Below, piece by piece: positions 19,667 to 28,140 of a DNA stretch of 38,368 bases (within the stretch, counting starts at the first letter, position 1; every line of letters begins with the position of its first letter). Made by a program: the position numbers and the translations under genes. The notes under the pieces were generated by a model. The model had not been told where the DNA came from. It saw only the letters and a list, made by a program, of their open reading frames with translations, and ran no database searches. Source of the DNA: Lachnospiraceae bacterium (lineage in GTDB: Bacteria > Bacillota > Clostridia > Lachnospirales > Anaerotignaceae); contig JAQVIB010000001.1 of the NCBI GenBank assembly GCA_028695945.1, forward strand, positions 1-38,368. Direction: 5' to 3'.

Positions 19667-21697
19667 TCAATTCTTTATATTCTTTATATTCTTATCTTTT
19701 AATGCCCTAGTCATAAATATACAACTTAAACCAATAAACGAAATATTTAACGGGAAGGCTGCTGACAGATACAAAGATGTTATCGCATAATATGCACTTA
19801 TATGTGTGTAAGAGACTCCAGCTATAAGTACAAGCATGCTTCCTGCCAAACCAGTGAGAATCAACCATTCATCTACCATCTTTGATTTTTTATATTTTAT
19901 AAGTGTATATATTATATAGATAGTTAATAGAACATATCCCATATAACCAACTATAAAAGCTATAAATCCCAACTTATGATACGGAGTAGTTATTGTATTT
20001 ATTAATTTTATCTTATTCTGATTAGTACTTGCAATTGTATCTTCTGCTTTTGTAATTTTCATATTATCAATATTACAAATCGTATCTCCTGTATTAAATC
20101 CATAAATATTATTACTTTCATCAACTCCAATCTCTTGAATAGTCTTTCCGTCTACTTGAAATACCAGCTTGTACTCCTCAACCTCATCTATATATAAATT
20201 TTCTGAAAATCTACACTTTTGGGCATTTTCGAGCCTTAGCCCTAAGCTCTTACTAAAATAACTAGATATATCTGGGCTATCCACTTTTTTAAATTCTTTA
20301 ATAAAATCATCGTTTTTATACAATAAAACCTTAGTTTCTCTATTCCCATCATTGCATAAAAACCAACCTGAAATATCAATCCGCGTTTTACTTGGATAAA
20401 TTGCAAAGCTTCTGGATATATTCTCAAATATCCTTATTTTATTCTCATCACCCACACTTTGAATTAACTGTGTATCACCTACATCATTTTTAGCAATAAA
20501 CATATATGCCTGCCCCATTGCCGGAAAAATTTCACTTATATATTTGTATTTGAAGGGACTCATTAATGCAGATGGCATTGAAACCCCCTCTCTTTTTTCT
20601 AATTTACCATTTTCCAACGCTGTTTCTATTTCATCAGCTGCATCTCTATAAAACTCATCAGCCTTTATAGGATCTGCATAATAACCATTTGCATAAACAA
20701 CATCTCTCAGACACCAAAAAAACCATCCATCCTTAATCTGACCATCTAACTCTCCATCTGTTGCATCCCAACCGCCACCATAGTTTGAATCTAACGTTTC
20801 TTTTAAAGATGCAAACGTTGGGCTCACTTCATATATCCTGTCAATTGTGCTTTTAGGAACAGACGTTCTATATATATCTTCTGCTGGTTGAATTCTATAT
20901 ATGTCTTTTATTAATCTTGGAAAATTGCCCTGATTAAGCTCGTTATAAATGTAAATACCATATTTGTTATAATTTATGACAGATATCGATGCAGAAAATA
21001 AAATAAATATTAATAATGGAATAATTGAGATACAACTTCTTTGTATAACTAATTTAATATTAAAAACATTATTATCCAATTTATATGTAATTATTGTAAT
21101 ACTAATTACCGCTAATACTAATGGCATAACCCATATTCCATCTTCTCTTGTATGCCACAAAGTTGCAAGTGCAAAGCCTGCCCCTATTGCCCATTTTATA
21201 AAATCTTTTGTCTTACCATTTCTGCTAAAGTACATCCCAAATAAACAACCTGAAAGAAATAATATCTGTGCTGGTGTTATATTACACCTATACACCCTTA
21301 AAAATGTATTTGTGGCTGTTGTTATTGGTGCAAAAAATAGAACTGTAAATATAAATGCTTTTAAATAGTCATTTTTTAGTACTGTTTTAATACCAAATAT
21401 AAATACAATACATGAAAGTGCGTAAAAAATAGTTTGAAGAATTGGTAATGGTATATTTAGTAAATAACCCGTTGACAAAAAGAGTGGAAAGAACACACCC
21501 TTTATAAATGTCATTTGAGAATACATCCCAAGCCAGTTCCCCTCCAAAATATTCTTTGCCATATCCACCATAAGAAAATCGTCATGTGCAGCAAATGCCA
21601 CAGAATATATTGGTAATCCGCCAACAATAATCAATTTAAAAATTATTAGCGCAATAATGTAAAAATATAGACGTTTTCTATTAAAAGAATCATTCAT
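19667..21697 (-). CDS. Large polytopic protein, candidate GT-C-fold (ArnT/PMT/YfhO-like) extracytoplasmic glycosyltransferase (track start 21793; ATG at 21697 with GGAGG RBS is preferred)
   Basis: About 10 N-terminal TM helices with an acidic first loop (VAFAAHDDFLMVD), a ~300-aa hydrophilic domain and 3 C-terminal TM helices. The call rests on this topology and on genomic context only. Confidence 0.5.
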   Translation of the reverse strand: MNDSFNRKRLYFYIIALIIFKLIIVGGLPIYSVAFAAHDDFLMVDMAKNILEGNWLGMYSQMTFIKGVFFPLFLSTGYLLNIPLPILQTIFYALSCIVFIFGIKTVLKNDYLKAFIFTVLFFAPITTATNTFLRVYRCNITPAQILFLSGCLFGMYFSRNGKTKDFIKWAIGAGFALATLWHTREDGIWVMPLVLAVISITIITYKLDNNVFNIKLVIQRSCISIIPLLIFILFSASISVINYNKYGIYIYNELNQGNFPRLIKDIYRIQPAEDIYRTSVPKSTIDRIYEVSPTFASLKETLDSNYGGGWDATDGELDGQIKDGWFFWCLRDVVYANGYYADPIKADEFYRDAADEIETALENGKLEKREGVSMPSALMSPFKYKYISEIFPAMGQAYMFIAKNDVGDTQLIQSVGDENKIRIFENISRSFAIYPSKTRIDISGWFLCNDGNRETKVLLYKNDDFIKEFKKVDSPDISSYFSKSLGLRLENAQKCRFSENLYIDEVEEYKLVFQVDGKTIQEIGVDESNNIYGFNTGDTICNIDNMKITKAEDTIASTNQNKIKLINTITTPYHKLGFIAFIVGYMGYVLLTIYIIYTLIKYKKSKMVDEWLILTGLAGSMLVLIAGVSYTHISAYYAITSLYLSAAFPLNISFIGLSCIFMTRALKDKNIKNIKN

Positions 21698-21768
21698 TGT
21701 TTGCCTCCAAGAAAAGTAAAAACCATTAATAATTATATTGAAGTTTTTGTCCTTCCGTAAGTAAAAAT

Positions 21769-22692
21769 TTACCCTTTGTCCTCCATTATCCATTCAATTA
21801 TATGTCTTATTCCCTTTTTTAAATCCGTTTTAGGTACCCAGAATAACTCTTTAAAAGAACTTTCTACATTAAGCAATGAGCTTTCAACGTCACACTTCCT
21901 CTTTTCTTTATACACTATATCTTTAAAATTTTTCCCAGATGTATCCTGAATTATATCTATTACTTCATTTAGGGAATGAACACACCCTGAACCAATATTG
22001 AAAATATGCTCTTTTCCATTATAGTCAAGTACCTTTTTAAATGCAGTAATTAAGTCATCCATATATATATAATCTCTAACACTTGTGCCATTACCCAAAA
22101 CCATAATAGGCTCATCAGCTATTAATCTGTGTATAAATATAGGAATAACTCCCTGTGGTTTATTTATATCTTGTCCAACACCATAAGGATTTGTTATTCT
22201 CATTATTTTATAATTCAAACCATAAAACTTTCCATAAAACTCTAAATAGCCCTCAATAACCTTTTTCTGTACACCATAGCTGCACTGAGGAGTAAGTTTA
22301 TCATTTACAAAATTTTCTTTTTCACCTGTCTCTCCATAAACCGTGCCTCCTGATGAGGCAAATATTATTTCATTTACACCACATTTAACCATATCTTCTA
22401 AAAGTCTAATTGTAGGAATTACATTTTTACTTATTTCATCAATAATAATACTTGTATCATCCGTAGGAGTTGTGGTACTTATAAGATGAATTACCTTATC
22501 AACTCCCTGAAGTATTGGTTTAAAATCGCAGATTGTAGAAAACTCTCTGTTTATAAAAGTAAAATTTTTAATATCTTCTAACTCTTTTGGTAAATGCCTA
22601 CCAAGAGCAATTATTTTATATTCTTGACAAATACTTTTACATAAAGGCTTACCCATAAATCCTGTTGCACCTAAAATTAAGCATGTTTTCAT
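21769..22692 (-). CDS. NAD-dependent epimerase/dehydratase (UDP-sugar 4-epimerase-like extended SDR)
   Basis: MKTCLILGATGFMGKPL Rossmann motif, SSGGTVYG, and YGVQK catalytic YxxxK. Confidence 0.8.
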   Translation of the reverse strand: MKTCLILGATGFMGKPLCKSICQEYKIIALGRHLPKELEDIKNFTFINREFSTICDFKPILQGVDKVIHLISTTTPTDDTSIIIDEISKNVIPTIRLLEDMVKCGVNEIIFASSGGTVYGETGEKENFVNDKLTPQCSYGVQKKVIEGYLEFYGKFYGLNYKIMRITNPYGVGQDINKPQGVIPIFIHRLIADEPIMVLGNGTSVRDYIYMDDLITAFKKVLDYNGKEHIFNIGSGCVHSLNEVIDIIQDTSGKNFKDIVYKEKRKCDVESSLLNVESSFKELFWVPKTDLKKGIRHIIEWIMEDKG

Positions 22693-22714
22693 TTATTACT
22701 CCTTGTTTTTATCC

Positions 22715-25700
22715 TTAAACCCCTTTAGCAAACAACTTTACTTTGTCTATCATCTCAGCATCAGAAATCTTAGATGATAAAATACCACAATATGCACAAG
22801 CCTGTTTTAATAAAGAATCCCTTATGCTACTTTTTAAATTTTCGTCTATTGCACTATATTCTTTTATTACATAAGTCAATAAATTTTCCTTTGCATAATT
22901 TTTTAAATGACTAATTACTGCTGTATCAATGCCTAGATTTTCCTGTATTTTTACAATACTGTTATAAAAATCATTAATTATTTTATCATCATACTCTTTC
23001 ATTAATAAATCAGACACATTTTTTTTATTAATATATTCATCCAATAAAGTAACCAGCTCTTCACAATATTCTGTTACATTGCTTTTGCTAATGTTTTCCT
23101 TAATATCTTCAAAAATATAGTTAAGTGCAATAAATACTGTATTAATCTGGCTAAAAATGTTCTTATCCTGCTCGCAATTATTAGTCTTACCTATTATCTT
23201 GTCCATAGCAAAACCCTCAGCAATTGAACGCTTTAAATAATATCCTGCATTTCTATTATGCCCATGTACTATAGTCACAGAAGACATAATTTTCACTTTA
23301 TTATCATCTTTTATTAGTCTAAGCCCTAAATCCAAATCCTCTGCAAAGCTAAATCTATATTTATACTTACGCCATATATCTGCCTTTATAGCTGTCGATA
23401 CATCATTTAATGAAGCATTCTTTCTCTGTACAAGTGGCGTCATATCTCTTGAATAAAATCCAATTCTATCAACTTGTCCATCTAAAACAAAATTTGAATG
23501 AGTTTTTGAAGCAACACGATAATATAAATCAGTTCCGTCTGGGCATGTTTCCATACAGCTTACGGCCGCTATACCTTCATTCATAATTGGTGCTATGATT
23601 TTTGCAACCCAATATTCATCTGTTGGCATGGCGTCTTGAGTCATAAAAATAAGTATGTCTCCGCTTGCATTTTCTCCTCCTAAATTTCTAGCAAAAGAAT
23701 GTGAAAATTGTTTCTGTGTTATATGAATTAATTTGTTCGACTTTTTAAACACTTCCGCACTATCAATATTTTCACTCTCGGAATCAACAAGTATTACCTC
23801 AACAGCCTTTATTCCTTTCTGTCTATGAAGTAAATCTACTGTGAATTCAAAATCCTTCTGAGGATTATATACAGGAAAAATAACAGAAACTACAACATCA
23901 AAATGTAGATTATCTGTTTTGTGAAGCAATTTATCAATTGTATCATTTACATTAACCATAAATGCATTATATGAAAACATTTGTTCATACGCATATCTTG
24001 CGTTATCTCGCATAATTGCCATTTCGTTATTATTATAATTTTCAGCTATTTTTTCCATACAGTTTACAAGTTCTGTAACCGAATTTTCTCTATAAATTAA
24101 TCCTGCATTAAATTTACTAATAATACTTGCTGAACCTGTATTTTCAGAACATATAATTGACTTTGAGAGTGCCATTGCCTCTGTTACTACCACTGGCATA
24201 GGGTCATCTTTCGACGTACAAACTAAACAATCAATCTGAGCATACAATTTAAAAAGATCATCTCTTGAAACTTGTTCAATATGCTTTGAATTGTTTAGGT
24301 ATTTACCTAGAACCTTTTCAACACTTTTATTTATATTTTCATCAAAAGGCTTGCCTATAAATAAAAAGTAACAAGATTTTCTTATCCTATTATCCATTGT
24401 TTCAATTGCCCTAACAAAAATATCTTGAGCTTTACGCTCTTCAAAACTTCCAATAATCGCAAAAACAAATTTGTCCCTCAAATTCACTATATCATTCTTA
24501 TTTTTTGTATAATCATTTAATATATCTGGCAAATAGTATAATAATGTATCCGCTTTGTAGTTAGGAAAAAACCTTTTTAAAACATGTTTAGCATAGTTCC
24601 CCCCGCACACTACGTTTACATTTTGAGGAAGTTCATTAGGCATAACAGCTAAAAATCCACCTTTTTCATACGAATATATAGCTTCATGTATCCACCATAA
24701 TACAGGAATATCCATATTTGCAAGCTTATTAATTACGTAATACGTTACTATCGTGCAGGCAACAATAAAGCTAATTTTTTGTTGAATCTCTTCCAAAAAT
24801 GTTGAACTAGCTAAGGTGTCAGCTATAATCAAAGGTATTCCTTCTTTATTTATCTCTTCTTTAAGCAGTCCATCAACCGGAGACAATATAATAGGCAAAT
24901 AGCCAATATTTTTTAGTATTCTTGCAAAATAGAATAGAACAATTGGTGCTCCTGTAATAGTTAATTCATGGCTTACCAAAATAACTGTCTTACTTTTATT
25001 ATTATGTGCAAAATCAATTTTCGTAGCCCCGAAAACCTCATAATTATACTTTGAGCATAAATCTAAAATAGATATATCTTCATCATCTGTTTCAGTTAAA
25101 CTTTCAGTAATGCTGGTATATAAATTAATTTCGTTTACCTTTTTCTCAAATAAGTATTTTTTAGTTTTTTTGAAAGTTATTTCAGGACCATTATGAATTA
25201 TACTACCAACGCCCTTTTTAATCAATCGTGTATATTTTGTCCGATTAAATAATTCTTTAATTGTATCGGCGCTTACTCTCAACGGGTAAGTTAATCTCCA
25301 ATGAGTAGAATTCTTAATTGCTACATAAGCAATTTCTGCATTTTGAAGCTTTGCAAATAGTTCTTCATTAATCATCATTTTATTTGCATATTCTAGCTTA
25401 AAACGTTCAATTTCATTGTTTAATTTATCAATCACTAAATCGTTCTGTTTAATACTCAAAGTTAACTCATCTATAACAACATTGTTATTCTCTATTTCCT
25501 CTTTTTGACCCTGTAATTCTTTATCTTTATTTTCTATTTTCTCTTTTTGATTCTGTAATTCTTTATCTTTATTCTCTATTTCCTCTTTTTGATTCCGTAA
25601 TTCTTTATCTTTATTCTCTATTTCCTCTTTTTGATTCCGTAATTCTTTATCTTTATTCTCTATTTCCTCTTTTTGATTTATTATTTCTTCTGACTGTTTT

Positions 25701-26896
25701 GCTATTAGAACTTCTTGGTTATTTAACTTATATTTCATGTCTTGCAGTGTGCTTAACAAAGATGTTATTTCATCGTTTGCCATTTTATTCTTTTCACTCC
25801 AAATACAATCACAATTATTGTAAATCTCCAAAAAATTTTTATTTAGTTCTATATAATCATATTTTATTGTTATATCACTAATATCTTTAACCTCTGGTAT
25901 TATAATTTGTGGATACTCATTAATAAAAATAAAATCCTCACCAGTTTTTTCCCCATTAATAGTGTATTTATTAAACATTGTTGAATTACAATATACTTTT
26001 AATTCCTTTACAATGCAATTTTTACCTTCTATTAAATCAACTCTTATATTTGCCACACCATCGGGCACCTTAAATACAATTTTTTCTCCTGTAAAATTAC
26101 CTTTTATTATTTCTATATTTTCTTCTGAAAACCCATTTCCATAGTCTAAATAAATTTTTGTTATATTCTCTGGTATATCGCCTATATTTTTCTGTATTAT
26201 GATGTCATTATCAATAAAATACTGTTTTTTTACAATTGTAAATATAAACTGATAAACTGTTCCCAGCCTTTTTGCCTTTATAATATTAATAGTATTTTCA
26301 GGCAACAAATAATCATACTCTTTAAATTCAGATGTACCTAATAAATTATACGTTGCATCATAAATTTCAATTATATAATCACAACTTTCTATCATTTCAC
26401 ATAGTGAAAAAAATGAAAAAAAATGTATATGCGTATTATCTAGTAGCCCAATCTGCCTATAATGAAATTTATTTGTATATAACTCAGCTAAAATTCCGCT
26501 ATGTGCTACATTTGGAACAGATAAAATTACTCTTCCATCATTTTTAAGCAATCTGTTTGCATTTTGTAATACTTGTTCTGGATTTTTTAAATGCTCAAGG
26601 ACATCCGCAAAAATTATATAATCAAATTCAATATCCTTAAATTCTTTCGCCCACAAAAGTTCTTCAACGTCGCAATGTATCCCATCTTTTGCATACTTTA
26701 ATGCCTTATTAAAGGATTGCTTATCTATCTCAACAATATAAACATCACAATCAAGAACTTCTTTCATATACCTAGTCATATTACCATTTGCAGGCCCAAA
26801 TTCAAGTACTGTAGAACCTGCCTTAATCTGTTTTAAAATAATCGTGTGAGAATCCTTTTCATTTATATCTATTTTAAAATCATATTTTTCTGACAT
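22715..26896 (-). CDS. Giant multidomain glycan synthase: class I SAM methyltransferase, beta-rich domain, ~155-aa coiled coil, GT4 (GT-B), GT2 (GT-A) and a C-terminal helical domain
   Basis: Methyltransferase motifs VLEFGPANG and DYIIFADVLEHLKNP (aa 30-110). Coiled coil at aa ~378-533 (nt 25316-25783). GT4 at nt ~23930-24991, with HELTITGAPIVL and the ExxxxxxxE-type VVTEAMALSKSIICSE. GT2 at nt ~23210-23902, with VSVIFPVYNPQKDF, MTQDAMP and FAEDLDLGLRL. The preferred start is ATG at 26896 (RBS GGGGTGA); the track start is 26914. Confidence 0.8.
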   Translation of the reverse strand: MSEKYDFKIDINEKDSHTIILKQIKAGSTVLEFGPANGNMTRYMKEVLDCDVYIVEIDKQSFNKALKYAKDGIHCDVEELLWAKEFKDIEFDYIIFADVLEHLKNPEQVLQNANRLLKNDGRVILSVPNVAHSGILAELYTNKFHYRQIGLLDNTHIHFFSFFSLCEMIESCDYIIEIYDATYNLLGTSEFKEYDYLLPENTINIIKAKRLGTVYQFIFTIVKKQYFIDNDIIIQKNIGDIPENITKIYLDYGNGFSEENIEIIKGNFTGEKIVFKVPDGVANIRVDLIEGKNCIVKELKVYCNSTMFNKYTINGEKTGEDFIFINEYPQIIIPEVKDISDITIKYDYIELNKNFLEIYNNCDCIWSEKNKMANDEITSLLSTLQDMKYKLNNQEVLIAKQSEEIINQKEEIENKDKELRNQKEEIENKDKELRNQKEEIENKDKELQNQKEKIENKDKELQGQKEEIENNNVVIDELTLSIKQNDLVIDKLNNEIERFKLEYANKMMINEELFAKLQNAEIAYVAIKNSTHWRLTYPLRVSADTIKELFNRTKYTRLIKKGVGSIIHNGPEITFKKTKKYLFEKKVNEINLYTSITESLTETDDEDISILDLCSKYNYEVFGATKIDFAHNNKSKTVILVSHELTITGAPIVLFYFARILKNIGYLPIILSPVDGLLKEEINKEGIPLIIADTLASSTFLEEIQQKISFIVACTIVTYYVINKLANMDIPVLWWIHEAIYSYEKGGFLAVMPNELPQNVNVVCGGNYAKHVLKRFFPNYKADTLLYYLPDILNDYTKNKNDIVNLRDKFVFAIIGSFEERKAQDIFVRAIETMDNRIRKSCYFLFIGKPFDENINKSVEKVLGKYLNNSKHIEQVSRDDLFKLYAQIDCLVCTSKDDPMPVVVTEAMALSKSIICSENTGSASIISKFNAGLIYRENSVTELVNCMEKIAENYNNNEMAIMRDNARYAYEQMFSYNAFMVNVNDTIDKLLHKTDNLHFDVVVSVIFPVYNPQKDFEFTVDLLHRQKGIKAVEVILVDSESENIDSAEVFKKSNKLIHITQKQFSHSFARNLGGENASGDILIFMTQDAMPTDEYWVAKIIAPIMNEGIAAVSCMETCPDGTDLYYRVASKTHSNFVLDGQVDRIGFYSRDMTPLVQRKNASLNDVSTAIKADIWRKYKYRFSFAEDLDLGLRLIKDDNKVKIMSSVTIVHGHNRNAGYYLKRSIAEGFAMDKIIGKTNNCEQDKNIFSQINTVFIALNYIFEDIKENISKSNVTEYCEELVTLLDEYINKKNVSDLLMKEYDDKIINDFYNSIVKIQENLGIDTAVISHLKNYAKENLLTYVIKEYSAIDENLKSSIRDSLLKQACAYCGILSSKISDAEMIDKVKLFAKGV
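25485..25678 (-). repeat. In-frame 42-nt tandem repeat, 4.6 copies, encoding NQKEEIENKDKELR heptad-rich units inside the coiled coil
   Basis: The units are 25485-25526, 25527-25568, 25569-25610, 25611-25652 and a partial 25653-25678. Units 3 and 4 are identical and the others differ at a few positions. Confidence 0.9.
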
Positions 26897-28124
26897 TAAT
26901 ATCACCCCATTCATGTGGAATTATATATCTTCCTTCTCCCACATACTTTGTATTAATAGTAATCTCTTTTATCATGGTCTTATAGTCAATATTTACACTT
27001 GCTGTTTCATCCATAAGGGCAACATCAAAATAGTATTTTCCTCCTACGGAAAGTATTCCTTTTACATATTGAATAAAAAATCTATTTCTGCCATATTTCC
27101 ATGGTATATTAACATTATCTAATAGAGTATTTAATCCACAAACATAATCATCATCCATACCTCTAATTGCAACCCCCAATACAGGATTATCAACATTTTC
27201 ATCGTATACATCGTACACTACTTCAGCCGTTATTCGTTCATTAAATTCAAATTCATTTACCTCCTTTCCTTTACTATTCCATAAATGAAAAGCAATAATC
27301 TGTGCCATATTATCACCTGGTGCAAATTCTATTTCATCATCTGACTGTTTTGGGATTTCTTCTTGTTCTTCATCATCAAATGCGACTTCTCCAATCTTTA
27401 AGAAGTCAAGATATTTATCCGTAATTCTATCAACATCTCCATCCGCCATTACAACCCCTTTATTAAGCCATAATGCTCTCGAGCAAAACCTTTTAATTGC
27501 ATTCACATCATGAGAAACAAACAAAACTGTAGTACCACTAAACATCATTTCTTTCATTTTCTTCATACACTTAAGTTTAAAACGTGTATCACCAACAGAT
27601 AATGCTTCATCAACAATAAGTATTTCAGGCTCAACATTTATTGCAACTGCAAATGCAAGACGGGCAAACATTCCACTTGAATAAGTCTTTACCGGCTGAT
27701 TAATAAATTCACCTATATCAGCAAAATTTAGAATTTCATCCAGTTTACTGTCAATTTCATTTCTGTTAAGCCCCATCATAGTTCCGCTTAAATAAATATT
27801 TTCAATTCCTGTGTAATCAGGATTAAATCCCGTTCCAAGTTCAAGTAATGCTGAAACCTTTCCCCTTACTTCTACTTCTCCTTCTGTAGGATTTAAAACC
27901 CCTGTAATTATTTTTAATAGCGTTGATTTTCCAGAACCATTAGTACCAATTATACCAACATTTTCTCCTTGTCTAATACTAAACGAAATATTTTTCAAAG
28001 CATAAAACTCTTTGGAATACTTTTTTTTAGAAACTGAAATAGATTCTTTTAAGCGATCTACAGGTTTATCATATATTCTATAAATTTTAATTAGATTTTT
28101 AATACTTATTATTGATTCTTCCAT
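26880..28124 (-). CDS. Polysaccharide ABC exporter ATP-binding protein (Wzt/TagH-like) with C-terminal Wzt_C-like carbohydrate-binding domain
   Basis: Walker A GTNGSGKST, signature YSSGMFARLAFA, Walker B ILIVDEALSVGD. This is followed by an acidic linker and a ~170-aa beta-rich C-terminal domain (nt ~26883-27395). The preferred start is ATG at 28124 (MEESIISIKNL); the track start is 28157. Confidence 0.85.
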   Translation of the reverse strand: MEESIISIKNLIKIYRIYDKPVDRLKESISVSKKKYSKEFYALKNISFSIRQGENVGIIGTNGSGKSTLLKIITGVLNPTEGEVEVRGKVSALLELGTGFNPDYTGIENIYLSGTMMGLNRNEIDSKLDEILNFADIGEFINQPVKTYSSGMFARLAFAVAINVEPEILIVDEALSVGDTRFKLKCMKKMKEMMFSGTTVLFVSHDVNAIKRFCSRALWLNKGVVMADGDVDRITDKYLDFLKIGEVAFDDEEQEEIPKQSDDEIEFAPGDNMAQIIAFHLWNSKGKEVNEFEFNERITAEVVYDVYDENVDNPVLGVAIRGMDDDYVCGLNTLLDNVNIPWKYGRNRFFIQYVKGILSVGGKYYFDVALMDETASVNIDYKTMIKEITINTKYVGEGRYIIPHEWGDINVRKI

Positions 28125-28140
28125 TCTTTCCCTCTCTAAT

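Noticed and set aside
15267-21368. Antisense ORFs in the AT-rich glycan genes (15267-15563, 15645-15833, 15975-16238, 16554-16817, 18084-18272, 20242-20427, 20976-21368)
   Set aside because: They are shadow ORFs inside membrane-protein genes. AT-rich DNA with few stop codons in one antisense frame produces them.
25485-25678. The 42-nt tandem repeat as a CRISPR array or minisatellite outside genes
   Set aside because: The repeats are directly adjacent with no spacers, are in frame within a long ORF, and encode heptad-rich coiled-coil sequence.
25699-27122. Plus-strand ORFs 25699-25881, 25962-26144, 26332-26547 and 26913-27122
   Set aside because: They are antisense to the giant synthase and Wzt genes and have no supporting signals.
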